Origin: Octopus sinensis
Lineage: Eukaryota
DNA length: 64,000 bases
NCBI RefSeq assembly: GCF_006345805.1
Contig: NC_042997.1
Coordinates: 113,150,001 to 113,214,000 of the forward strand
Direction of reading: 5' to 3'
Under the pieces are notes generated by a model. It was not told where the DNA came from, ran no database searches, and saw nothing but the letters and a program-made list of their open reading frames with translations. Below are positions 25,394-38,018 of this stretch, piece by piece. Positions within the stretch are counted from its first letter, which is position 1; every line of letters starts with the position of its first letter. Made by a program: the position numbers and the translations under genes.

Positions 25394-25439
<46 letters not shown>

Positions 25440-25525
25440 AATATATGTATATAATTGTATGTATATATATATATGTATATATATATATGTATATGTATGT
25501 ATATATATATATATATATAATATAT

Positions 25526-25581
<56 letters not shown>

Positions 25582-26006
25582 GGCATGCATGCATATAGGG
25601 GTTGGTGTACATGTATGTTGAAATTTAGTTGCAGTATCATATTTCTTTTACTCCATAAGCTTACACACTCACGCAAATACAAAATACACATGTGCTCATG
25701 CACAAACACATGCAGGTACATGTGTGCATTCATGTACACACAAACACACATGTACACACACGTGCACACACACGCACACACAAATACACGTACACATACA
25801 CACATGCACACACACAAGTGCACTGATATGGATAAAAGATAATAGCTTCAGAAATTCCTTAAATGACTTTCTATCTTACTAATTATGTTTGGACGAGATC
25901 CAGGTGGAAATAATGGCCATTATAAAATAGCCATAGGTATATAATAGAGCTTCTTAATATAGATATTGCCCTAAATTAATATTGTAGCAGTGCAGTTAGG
26001 GTTTAC

Positions 26007-26009
26007 CAT
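26007..26009 (-). CDS. Probable ATG-only first coding segment of the secreted EF-hand gene
   Basis: Minus strand reads ...tttaaatataatccaatatccagccagttccaacagtcaaagcacacaaagagaatATG|gtaaac. It has an upstream in-frame stop, A at -3, TATA/Inr-like motifs and a phase-0 donor matching the 17552 acceptor, giving MVTSIVVLVAAIILSSPTSYIRC. Alternative ATG|gt sites exist near 21320 and 54848. Confidence 0.45.
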
Positions 26010-26404
26010 ATTCTCTTTGTGTGCTTTGACTGTTGGAACTGGCTGGATATTGGATTATATTTAAACTTTGTCTAGAAGGTTTTATCAATACATTTCTATT
26101 ATTTAAGAGATGAGGAATTCATCATCATCATCATTGTTTAACGTCCGCTTTTCATGCTAGCATGGGTTGGACGGTTCAACCGGGGTCTGGGAAGCCAGGA
26201 GGCTGCACCAGGTTCCAGTCTGATCTGGCAGAGTTTCTACAGCTGGATGCCCTTTCTAATGCCAACCACTCTGAGAGTGTAGTGGGTGCTTTTACGTGGT
26301 GCCACTGGCACGAGGCCCAGTCAGGTGTTACTGGCAATGGCCATGCTCAAATGGTGTTTTTTACGTGCCACCTGCACAAGAGCCAGTCCAGCAGCACTGG
26401 CAAC

Positions 26405-26684
26405 GATGTACATTATTTACATTATTTACATTTGGCGGATATCTGTCTTCATCTTGTTTGTTGTTAACAATGTTTCGGCTGTTATACCCTCCAGCCTTCA
26501 TCTGGTGTCTTTGGGAAATTTTGAACCTGGGTTCTCATTCCTAAGGTATTTTCCAATGTTGCTATTATTATTATTATTATTCAGGTCACTGGTTAAGAGC
26601 GCGGGCTACTAACCCCAAGATTCTGAGTTCAATTCCTGGCAGTGACCTGAATAATAATAACAACAACAACATCGGAAAAATACC
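26405..26684. mobile_element. Palindromic composite element: hammerhead-like motif (minus, 26468-26510) plus tRNA-like centre; right arm cut off at the mariner
   Basis: Inverted pairs ggtattttccaatgttg (26545-26561) / caacatcggaaaaatacc (26667-26684) and tcaggtcactg (26581-26591) / cagtgacctga (26640-26650), with ATT/AAT tracts between. B-box-like gagttcaattcc at 26625-26636. Confidence 0.65.
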
Positions 26685-26694
26685 TTTTTTTACC

Positions 26695-27945
26695 TTTTTT
26701 AAAATTAAATGAAATTTAATAGTATCTTAGAATGTCGAATGGAATAAAAAAAATTATTTTTAAGCATTTGTGTACATTTAAATTAATTAAATATTATTTT
26801 ACAGAATAATAGAATTAAAATTTCTTTGATTAAAACCCTTTCTAACATGGAAGTATCCAAAGAGCAATTGAAGCACATAATGCTTTATGAGTACAAAAAA
26901 TGAAACTCTGCAGCCAAAGTGACTCGAAACACACACTTAGTTTATGGGAAAGAATACTTGAATGAAAGAACTTGCAGAAGATGGTTTGCAAAATTCAGAA
27001 GTGGAGATTTCAGCCTTGAAAATGAATATCGAACAGGACATCCAGTTGAGTTTGATGATAAGCTCCTTGAGGTATTGAAGAAAATCCTGCATTATCAGTT
27101 GAAGAATTGGCAATAAAGTTTCGTTCAAACCATAAAACTGTTCATCTTCAACAACTTGGAAAGGTTCCTAAACTTGGAAAATGGGTGCCTCATGAATTGT
27201 CTGAAAGCAACTGCAAATCCCGAGTTGACATCTGCTTTTCTCTCCATTCTCGTGAACTCATTTCATCTTTTTTGGATAGACTTGTGACTAGTGACAAAAA
27301 ATGAATCTTCTATCAAAATGTTAAACGTTGTAAACAGCGGCTTGGTAAAAGGGAAAAAGCTCAACCACAACTGGAAAGGGAACTTCGTGGGGAAAAAGGT
27401 TCTTCTCTCTATCTGGTGGGATTGCAAAGGAGTAATTCACTTTGAATTTTTACCACCTAATGCAACAATCAATGCTCAAGTCTACTGTCAGCAATTAGAG
27501 CATTTGAACCAAGCTTTGAAGAAAAAAAGAGACCCGCTTTAGTGAATCGAAAAGGAGTGATGTTTTATCAGGACAATGCACGACCCCACACTGCAAAGAT
27601 CACATCACAGAAGATCGAAGAGCTTGGTTGGGAAAAAATTCCTCATCCACCTTATTCTTCTGACGTTGCTCCTTCAGGCTACCATTTGTTTCGTAGTTTA
27701 CAGAATCATTTGGCGGACATAACTTTCGCAAGCCAGGAGGAGGTCGAAACTGACATTTCAGAGTTCTTCACTTTGAAACCAAAAGAGTTTTACATTGATG
27801 GGATTAAAAAGCTTGTAAATAGATGGAAGGAAGTCATAGATAATCAGGGAAAGTACATTGATGATTAAATTTCAATTAAATATAACATTTGATCACTTGT
27901 TTTCTTTATTCAAAATTCAGACAGAACTTATGGGATGACCTGATA
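26695..27945 (+). mobile_element. Mariner (Tc1/mariner, DD34D-type) transposon, 5' ITR missing
   Basis: 3' end ...gacagaacttatgggatgacctga|TA. No matching tcaggtcatcccataagttctgtc was found upstream. Confidence 0.88.
26847..27868 (+). pseudogene. Mariner transposase pseudogene (stops and frameshifts)
   Basis: Fragments MEVSKEQLKHIMLYEYKK*..., RRWFAKFRSGDFSLE, KWVPHEL, VTSDKK*, LLSIWWDCKGVIHFE, QDNARPHTA and HPPYSSDVAPSGYHLF correspond to the mariner WVPHEL, TGDEKW, DNARPH and YSPDLAPSDYHLF motifs. Confidence 0.92.
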
Positions 27946-30622
27946 TATTTCTGCCTGTCTGTCTGCCTGTCTTTCTCTCTCTCTAAATCTCTGTCTATCT
28001 CTCTTTCTCTTTATCTGTCTGTCTGCTTCTGTCTGTCTCTGTCTGTCTCTGTTTGTCTGTCTGTCTGTCTCTCTTTCTCTCTCCCTCTCCCTCTCTGTCT
28101 TTCTTTTCCAGTTTCTAGTGAAGGTGCGTGGTTTAGTGGATAAAGTGCTGCACTCTCATTCATAAGATCATGCTTCTGATCCCCGTGCTGGGCAGTGTGT
28201 TGCCTTCTTCAGCACGACACTTCATTTCACATTACTCCAGTCCACTGAGCTGTAAATAGGTTCCAGCAATAATTGGGAAGTTAACCCTGTGAAGGACTCA
28301 CATCCCATTCAGGGGATGGGGTGTGTTGTAAACTCTGTCACTTCTATGCAATGGAAATTGGATTATGTTTCTGTCTCGCGAGTTCTGGGACTTGGGACAG
28401 ATCTAAGTTCGAGTTACAGCTTCTATATGTGGCCTGTAGGTACATTATGGCCAAATGGTTAAGAAGTTCGCTTTGCAGCTATGAGGTCCTGGGTTCTATC
28501 CCCTGCATGGCATCCCAGCAAATGTCATTTTCTATAACCTTGGGTCAACCAACACTTTGTGAATGAAACAATTTAGGCAAAGCTATATAGAAACCTGCCA
28601 GGTGGATTGTACGTGTATTTGAAAAGGTACAGCCTTGTCACAAACTGTCTCATAGTGATTCTGCCTCAGAATTAGGTCACAAGCATGCATGTCTATGGAA
28701 TACTCAGCCACTTACACATTAATTCAGGAGCAGATAATTCAGCTGATTGAACAAATGAATCCACATTGTTGATTGATGGTGACTAATCACTATGGCTCAT
28801 GTCAAGAAAAATCGTTTTCGTTCTGCCTCAGCTGTCTGTGGAATATTCAGCCATTTACACATTAATTCAGGAGCAGGTAATTCAGTTGATCAAACCATGT
28901 AATCCTCTCTGCCACCTGATGGAAACCCGCCGCCATGTGTGACTCATCTCAAGAAAAGTTTTATTCATTTTGTCTCAGCTTCTCTCATCATGTGACCTAT
29001 AATCTTCGATGCCTTTCCCATAATGACCATCAAGGATGTGGTTTCAAACAGACATAGCTGTAAGGCTGTAATCTTCTTAATTTATTTTTAATTTCTCCCA
29101 TTTTACTCATAAAATCTTGGTTTCCTCTCTAGCATCAATATTCTTACAAAGTGAGTTAGCTGTGTCGTATGCCTTTCTTTCTTTCTGAAAAATGGCTGTC
29201 AAATCTGTGTTCCGGTTACAGATTATATAATCTGATGCTGCCCTCTCTTATTCAGTTGATTCGCCTATCAAATAGCTATTTAATTACATATCAAATGTGT
29301 TGAAAAGGCAAAATTACATCCTTCATTTCAAATAAAACAAGCCACTAAAGTTTGAAGTGAAGGAAATAACGAAAGAAAATTGAACAAATAAAAACTAAGA
29401 CAAACGCTCTAAAGTGTTAAGTTGGAAGATTGACTTGTTCCTTTCCTGTCACGACACACTGGAAAATTGATTCAGTAGGTATCAATTAAATTTGAGTATT
29501 GTTGTAGCATGCTGGTAAAACCACAGCTACTTAGACTTGTTATCAAAATAATCTTCTTCAGCACTCAACATAAAACCTTGTTATCTATGTTTTGAAGTTG
29601 GTAACCAATCATGTCAGCTAGAATCACATTATCTACTAAAACAGAATATAAAGGCATAAAGCACCGTGGACCGGCGTTAAGTTCTTTATTTTCATCTACG
29701 TACATTAATTTCATGCGCAGTTTTAAAATCATTGAACAGGTGAATGAGCTGATAAAATTCTTGATTTCAACTCTTATAAATTCCAGTGTATGTTTGCAGG
29801 TGTATACTGCTTTTGTTTATCAGAGAACAAGAAAGTTCCAGTTGCCAACTACGCAAATCAAATGATGTGTTAAAGAAAAAACACCGAGCCAACAACAATA
29901 ACAACAGCATCAACAATGACATGTCTAGCATAAAACCCATGTCTCACTCTCAAACACTCCCTCCAAATAAATTGAGGGTGGAGGGGGCTTTCTACTGCTC
30001 ATTACCTATTTCTTTATTACCCACAAGGGGCTAAACATAGAGGGGACAAACACGGACAGACAAACGGATTAAGTCGATTACATCAACCCCACTACGTAAC
30101 TGGTACTTAATTTATCGACCCCGAAAGGATGAAAGGCAAAGACAACCTCGGCAGAATTTGAACTCAGAACGTAGCGACAGATGAAATACTGCTAAGCATT
30201 TCACCCGGCGTCCTGACGTTTCTGCCAGCTCTCTGCCTTTTTACCTGTCTCATTACCTGTCTTGCAAGGTATTTGGCAACTTGACTGGTGCTGCTGGCAT
30301 GAAAAAAAGCAACCAATACACATTATAAAAAGATTAGTATTAGGAAGGGTATCCAGCCATAGAAACCATGTCAGTGCAGACATTGGGGCTCATGGCAGCC
30401 CTGTGGCTCATTGGGAACTTGTCAAAATGTCTAATGCATACCAGAATGGAAAATGGACATAAAATGATGATGGTGATAAGGACAAGGGCTCAGAAATACA
30501 GAGGGGTTTTGAACAACAGTTGTTAAGATGTTCATGAGTTTCTGGAAGGGTTAGTAGTGATGTGAAATGAAAGCAATTTGCAAGACTCAACTCCTTAGGA
30601 ACTTACTTCTAACCCCCTAAAA

Positions 30623-30755
30623 CAGTGGTTCTCAACTGTGGACCCCTTTTTCTGTAATTGACTTGTGTTTTACTTCTTTTGGTGCAGTTCTCCCCTAAAA
30701 AAAAAGATCCAGGGTTTGGACTTGACCCAGATATTAAAAAGATTGAGAATCACTG
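30623..30755. mobile_element. Old hAT-type (MER5-like) MITE
   Basis: TIRs cagtggttctcaa / ttgagaatcactg. An 8-bp TSD is not recognisable. Confidence 0.55.
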
Positions 30756-32198
30756 CTATATACTCTCAGTATAACTAATGATTTCTGAGTTAACACCAGT
30801 ATATAACTGGTATTTCAGTTTTTGACTCCTGAAAGCATGACAAAGTTGATCTCAGCCTATGTTAAAAAACAAACAAACAAAGAAAAAACAAAGATTAAAA
30901 ATGCCATTTTTTTATATTTGCAAAACCGTTATTGTCTCTGCAGCATCTGGTTGTTATTGGAGATGGACTAGCAGAATCGTTAGCATAATGAACGAAATGC
31001 TTTTGGTGAAATGCTTAGCAGTATTTCGTCTGCGATTATGTTCAGAGTTCAAATTCCGCCGAGGTCGACTTTGCCTTTCATCCTTTCGGCGTCGATTAAA
31101 TAAGTACCAGTTACGCACTGGGATCGATATAATCGACTTAATCTGTGTGTCTGTCCTTGTTTGTCCCCTCTGTGTTTAGCCCCTTGTGGGTAGTAAAGAA
31201 ATAGGTATTTCTTCTGGCTTTACATTCTTAGTTCAAATGCTGGTGAGGGCAACTTTGCCTTTCCTCTTCTTGTGGTCAATAAAATAAGTATCAGTCAAAT
31301 ACTGGAGTCCACATAACTGACCAGCCTCCGCCCCACAAGATTTCAGGCCTTGTGCCTATAGTAGAAAGGGTTAATAACTTTACCCTTTATGTTAATAAAA
31401 ATAGGTGAAAAAAATGTATACATAGACTGAGATACGGTGGTGTTCACATAAGCACATACATGTGTATGCTCATACTTATGCATATGCTTGCAAGTAAAGT
31501 GTACGCTTACTCTTCTGCACAAAGACATTGAAAAAATTACAAAGAAGAGAAAATTGAAATGACTGAAAGTGGATGGTATTAGCATAATATAGTAAAGCTT
31601 TCAGTGAAAGTGGAGGTAGGACGTATAATATGGCCGTATTGATGCCAAAACAATATAACATGAGAAAACAATGGAAATAAATACAGTTTTGTTGTTGGCT
31701 TTTTAAGCTGTTAAGCAGAGAAGAATACAAATCTTGGAGATTAAATATATGACATTGAACGACTTGTAAAAAAAGAGGAATGTAATTTAATCTAATTAGA
31801 AGACAAAGTGAGGAAGGAAAATGGACGAAAATAAACAGAAATTGTTGTGGTGTTACTACTTAAAAGATATTTCACTTTATAAATCAGTATTTCACACTTA
31901 TGTTATTACTACTATTTCTTCTTAACGTTCTCTCATTTATCGTCTGACACCATTGTTACTCTTTTTTATGTTCACCTGTCTGTCTTTTTGCTCTCTCACC
32001 CACCACCACCCATATAGTCTGTCATTTGTGTCTGAATGTTGTCTTGTTTCTTCCTTTCTTAATTCTTGCTAACAGCAATTTCTTTTCTTGTTTTGCATTT
32101 CTGATCTTACATAGTCTCATGAATCATCTTGTATCTCTTTTCATATGTTGTTTAAGTAACAGGTGACAAAGTACTTCATTCTTGTTGTAGATTTATTA

Positions 32199-32250
<52 letters not shown>

Positions 32251-32279
32251 TTACATTATTCTTGCTTTGTTTTATCTGA

Positions 32280-33830
32280 GCTGTTCCAAGTCTCACCCAG
32301 AGACTTCAAGTAATAGCAAATTGGATGTTTTACAGTGGGTGTTATTTATGATTAGCAATGATATATTACAGGAGGAGACCAGAATCTGATAACAAAGATT
32401 CTGTTAAATTTGTAATATTTCACTTTTAAAGGAGTTTTAAGAGAATCTGGTATTTTCAAGTTGACAATGTTTTCCTTTGGATGTGGATAGTAGCCATGAA
32501 AATAATTTTTTGTAGTTCTGATGGCTTGGAGTCTTCTGGTATTTGGACACAGTGTTTAAGAGTGCCAGTGGTATTGTGACCAAAGCGCTGATGATCACGG
32601 GTACAATTGTTGTTCTTAGATGTCACAATTTTGAAGAACTCTTTTTCAAGATCTTTATATTTACTAAACTTTTCAAATGATTTTACAGATGTGGTGCAAT
32701 CTGTTGAGAATAACATATCTATGTGCAGACATGTTTTGTCAACATGATTTTCTTTCACAATATCTGGTTCGTTGGCCTGAATCAGTTTGAGTAGAAAAGT
32801 CCCAAATAATAGTAATAACTTTATTTTTAACTACTTTTGCAGGCTTATCTTCCCATCGGTTCTTCTCAAATGGGAATCCAGGCTTATGGCATATTCTCCT
32901 GTGCAATTATTGCCCAGGTCTATCATAGCAATTAATATATTCATTTGAGGCTAACAGAAAGCATCCAGAGATGAAGTGATCAATTGTTTCTCTGGTTGCA
33001 TCCCAAAAGCAGCGAGCAGAATCAGCACCATTTTAAAGAATTCTTGCTTAGTAGTTTCTGATTGGCAGACACTGATCCCGAGCTACAATAATGAAGCCCT
33101 CTGTTTCTGTGATAGCATGTTGTCAACTCAATATGACAGTCCCATGAAAGGGAAGAATGCTACTGTTATTTAGCCCCAGGAAACACCATTTCCTATTGGA
33201 CTTGACACATTTCCTGTGTCCTTATGATTTCAAAGTGGAGATAAGTACCTCCACCTAGCAAAGCCAGCATCCAGAGACTAGTTTCAGAGCCATTGCTCAT
33301 CATCAGTCTGGAGTAGCATGGCTTGCTAGCTGTTGATGCCTATCCACCTTTGAAAACATATATTTCAAGTGAAATGATTTCACTGATTTTTGAAAATAGA
33401 AATAATATATTTCTAAATCTCTCAGAGAGATTTATGCAGTAGCCAAACAGTGATGGATCATATTTGTATCTACATCAAGATTGCTGACCCTTATAGAGTG
33501 TAAAACTGCAAAGCCCTACTTTTCCATCTCTTTCACAGTTCTGTGATTCTATTTGATTTAGTTTTTGTTTTGTTGGTGCAGTCGGTTCTTCTCTTTCATC
33601 CAGTTGCATTTCAATCTTGTTGATTTTTAAAATTATTTACTAATTTTTGCTTCTTCTAATCTTGAATACATTGTGTTGGAACTTTCACACTTGCAGACTA
33701 ATTTAAGCATCCAGTCATTGGTGTTCTTTAGATAAGTGTCTGTCCCTGTGGTCGCTGTCTTTAGAAACAGGAGTAACTGCATCAGTCTACATCCTCCAAC
33801 TTTTTGTGGGATGTAGACGTTATCTATATC
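32280..33830 (-). mobile_element. Older degenerate Dong/R4-type LINE 3' portion
   Basis: Remnants DIDNVYIPQKVGGCRLMQL (ORF 33633-34049), RETIDHFISGC (~32960-33000) and KFSKYKDLEKE (ORF 32456-32758). (TAA)n lies at both ends. Confidence 0.75.
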
Positions 33831-33852
33831 TGCATTGTTATTATCATTATTA

Positions 33853-33902
<50 letters not shown>

Positions 33903-34464
33903 GAGTGAGAGAACAGTGCATGCCATCAAAATGACACTGGGGTTAAATATACGAAGCCCAGTATACCCATCATGACAACCTTTCTGATAAGGGTACACCA
34001 GGCACCATATGAGCATGACATGGTGATCTTGTATCAAGATAAACAGCACATGACATTGCAGGTGGGGGCCCAGTTAGAATTTTCTTCAGTTTGAGTAGCC
34101 CATCCCACTCAAAAGGTCCCTGAATAAAGGTTGTTTAAGGATGATGAACAAAACACCCATGTTTTCAGAGGTGAATTATTCAAATCCCATAGAATCCCTC
34201 TCAACACATGGCTATGAAGCTCCCCCACAACTTCTGCTCATGATCAGAGATGCACATATCGTCAGCCACTAAGGGACATGGTCAACTGGTTAAGGTCAAA
34301 CAACTGACAAGCAAATCTGTAGTATTGAACAGAATATTTGCTGTAGCCCATCTTTTATACCAAGACAAAACAATGTACATGATAACACTTCCATTCAGTT
34401 AAGATCAGCTGCCAAGAGAGCCACTGTCTGGTACTGCATCAGGGCATTTATTATTATTATTATT

Positions 34465-37400
34465 CAGTAGTTTTATTTTTATTTTTATAGCGTGCTTTCA
34501 CTTCACTACCGAGCGCAGCTCTGTGTGCCTTGGGTATGTGCTGTGATTTGTTGTGATGCTCTGATGGTTATTGTATGGAAAGTGTTCTGCGTAGGATGTG
34601 TGCAGTGCCTAGTAGTGCAATTTTCTGTATGTTATATGTGTTTGTAAGTCCTGGTGTTTTTGTTATGTATTTGTCTGAATATTTTTTTATCATGCCTAAT
34701 GCACCTACTATGATAGGAATTGTTTCTGTTTTCAGATTCCACATTCTAGTTACCTCTATTTCCAGGTCTTTGTATTTTGAGAGTTTCTCCATTTCTTTTA
34801 GAGACACGTTGTCATCTGCCGGTACTGATACATCAATTAGAAAGCATTTTTTTTCTTCATGGTCTCTGACAACTATATCTGGTCTGTTGGCCTTAATTTC
34901 TCTATCTGTGTGTATCGGCATATCCCAGAGTATGGTTGCTTTCTCGTTTTCTGTGACCTTTTCTGGTGTGTGCCTATACCATCTTTTTTCTGTTGTTATT
35001 CCATAATGTTGGCATAGCTTCCAATGTATGTAAGTTCCAACTCTGTCGTGTCTGTGAATATATTCCTTCTTAGCCAGGACTGGGCAGCTAGAGATAATAT
35101 GATTTATTGTTTCTTGTCCATCTCCACATATTCTGCAGTTACTTGTAATATTTCTTTTCATTACATGTTTTTGGTAATTTCTGGTGGGGAGGCTTTGGTC
35201 TTGTGCTGCAATTAAAAATCCCTCTGTTTCTGCTTTGAGTCCTGAGCTTCTCAACCATTGCTGGGATTTTTCTTTGTCTATTTCTTTTGTGTTTAGTTTA
35301 GTCCAGTATTTACCATGAAGGGGCTTTTCTTGCCATCGTTTTATCATGGTTCGTTGCTGTTCTATTTTTAGTTTGGATTTCATTTTTTTATAGCTTTTGT
35401 TGTTTCTTCATCTTCTTCTTCTTCTTCTTCATGTTTATTAGGTGGTATGATTTCTTGTTTGTATTTGTCAGCTTCCTTAAATACTGAGAACAGTTTTTTG
35501 TTTTGCTCGTGTTTTGCCGCTATCTGGATCAGTTTTCCTTCCTTCTGAAGTAGATATTTTTGCAGTCCTATGGTGGTTATTTTATAGTAGTTTTCCAGTT
35601 GTATAAGGCCTCTACCACCTTCTATACGTTGTATATATAGTCTTTCTATGTCAGATTTTGGGTGATGCATCCTAGATCCTGTCATTATTTTTCTTGTTTT
35701 CCTGTCTATTTTGGTCAGTTCATTTCGTGTCCAGTTAAGGATATTGTAGCTGTAACTTATAACTGGGACAGCTAAAGTGTTGATACCTATTATCTTGTTT
35801 TTAGCATTGAGCTCTGTGTTTAGTATTGATCTAACTCGTCTATAATATTCTTTTTTTATTTTCTCTTTCATTTGTGTGTGTTGTGTCTTATCTAGTTCAT
35901 GGATTCCTAACTATTTGTAAGTTTGGCTTTGGTCTAATTCTTTTATTTCATTTGCTTCATCTAGTGTGATGTTGTTACTCTTAACTAGTTTTCCTCTTTT
36001 CATGGTTACTTTGGCGCATTTTTCTAATCCAAATTTCATATCTATTTCTTTGGTAAATCCATGAACTGTCTTTAATAGTGTTTCCAGCTGTTTGTCATTT
36101 GCAGCGTATAGTTTTAGGTCATCCATATATAAAAGGTGGCTGATCGTTTTGCCGTAACATTTATATCCGCATCCAGTTCTATTTAGCATATCAGATAGAG
36201 TGACAGTGCCAAGCAGAAAAGGAGTGGAGAGAGCGTATCTCCCTGGAATATTCCTCTTCTAATGGGGATGTCTTTGGTTTTCATGAGTCCCTCTTTTGTT
36301 TGGAGGTGTAGGACTGTTTGCCACTTATTCATAGAGTGCTCTATGAATTTTATGATTGTTGGTGCTACTTTGTTAATGGCTAGTGTTTCGAGGATCCATG
36401 TGTGGGGGATGCTATCAAACGCCTTTTTGTAGTCAATCCAGGCCATACTGAGGCCTTTCTTCTTTCTGTGGCTGTCTTCAGTTATGGCTTTATTAATCAT
36501 TAGTTGATCTTTACAGCCATATGAGCCTTTGCGGCACCCTTTCTGCTCTTCTGGGAACAGTTTGTTTTCGTCCAGGTGCTTGCTCAGCCTTTGTGATATC
36601 ACTGCAGTAAATGCCTTGAACATAGTAGGGAGGCAGGTTATTGGTCTGTAGTTTTCTGGTTTTTCTGTTTCATTTGATTTGGGAATTAAGATGGTTTTCC
36701 CCTTCGTGAGCCATTCAGGCATTGTCTCTGGCTCTGCTAGTACGTTGTTAAAGTTTTCAGCCAGCTTTTTGTGCATTCCTGTTAGATATTTCAACCAGAA
36801 GTTGGGGATCTTGTCATGCCCAGGTGCCTTCCAGTTGCTTAGTCTTTGCAGTGCCTGGGTGACCTCTTCAGTTGTTATGGGGGTCCAAGTTTGTTCAGAT
36901 GCCGAGTTTGTTATTTTGATACTCCTTTTTTTTGGTGGTTCGTTCGCCGACCATATTTCTCCCCAGAATTCTTCCAATTCTTCTGCCGTTGGTGTTGCAG
37001 TGACTTCTATTTTATTTTTGCCCAGTTCTTGGTAGAACTTTTTGGGGTCGGAGTTGAACTTTTTGTTCTGTTCAAAGAAGCGTTGGCGTTTCTCGTACCG
37101 GCGGATTCTTTGAGCTTCGGCAAGGATATCTTACTTCAGCTTTTCTTTTATCTCCGGCAAATCTTTTTCTGTGGTGTTATATTTGCGGAGCATTTTTGTT
37201 CTCTTTTTGTTGCTCAGTAGCGTTGCTTGTTTGCTGATTTCATTAAGAATCGACAGGTCTTTTCTAATTTTTTTTATTTTGTTTTGGATGTTATTTATCC
37301 ACAGGGTTTGTTTGGGTGGTGGTACTATGGTTTGGGCGGGGTTGGGTGAGTATCCAGCTTCTTTTGTGGCTGCAGTGGCTGCTGCGTATATCAAGTCATT

Positions 37401-37870
37401 TAGTTCAGTGATATCACTTTTTTTTGTTTCAGTGGCTAGTTCAGTGACGGCTAGGTTTATGTTGTTTATAATTGGTGTTGTTATTGCGTTTATTTTTATT
37501 CTTGGGAGGTATGGTCGGTGGTCCATTTTGAGCTCTGTGGTTTTTAGTTCTTTGATTATTTTATTTTTTATATTATCATAATCATTAGGCTCCCCTTCGT
37601 TGTTTACATCGTGTTTGTTGGGAATGTTGCGTTTGTCTTCGTGTTTTGCAGTTTCAGTGTTTATATTATTGGGCATTGTTGTGTGGCTTCTATCTACATT
37701 TTCCTGGTGTATGTTTTCTTTTAGGTGTTCTATTTCTATTTCTGATATTTTTTTTGTGTTGAGAATGTATCTTCGTACGTTAGCTAATTTATTAGGGTTC
37801 ATTGCTGTATCCAAGTCTAAATCTCTATTATTTTCCTTCCATATTTTATATGTATGTGTTGTTGTATTTT
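34465..37870 (-). mobile_element. Near full-length Dong/R4-clade non-LTR retrotransposon (RT plus C-terminal restriction-like endonuclease), inactivated
   Basis: Five ORF pieces form one polyprotein broken by in-frame stops (37131-37133, 35911-35913) and frameshifts (~36190, ~35380). It has RT motifs RPITCL, IDYKKAFDS, GIFQGDTLSPLLF and YMDD, a CCHC knuckle CRICG...HIISSC, RHD and the PD-(D/E)xK core RPDIVV...LIDVSVP...EKLSKY. Both flanks are (TAA)n, the known Dong target. Confidence 0.93.
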
Positions 37871-37889
37871 CATTATTGTTGTTGTTGTA

Positions 37890-37953
<64 letters not shown>

Positions 37954-37973
37954 GTTGTTGTTGTTGTTGTTAA

Positions 37974-38018
<45 letters not shown>

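Noticed and set aside
29470-29567. Read-through of the TGA after ...VLC as selenocysteine
   Set aside because: No SECIS-like structure was identified downstream, the continuation has no selenoprotein similarity, and the exon itself is speculative.
31511-31514. 4-nt minus-strand microexon (cag|AAGA|gtaagc)
   Set aside because: The signals are good but such a short, frame-shifting exon is easily a chance match. Nothing else supports it.
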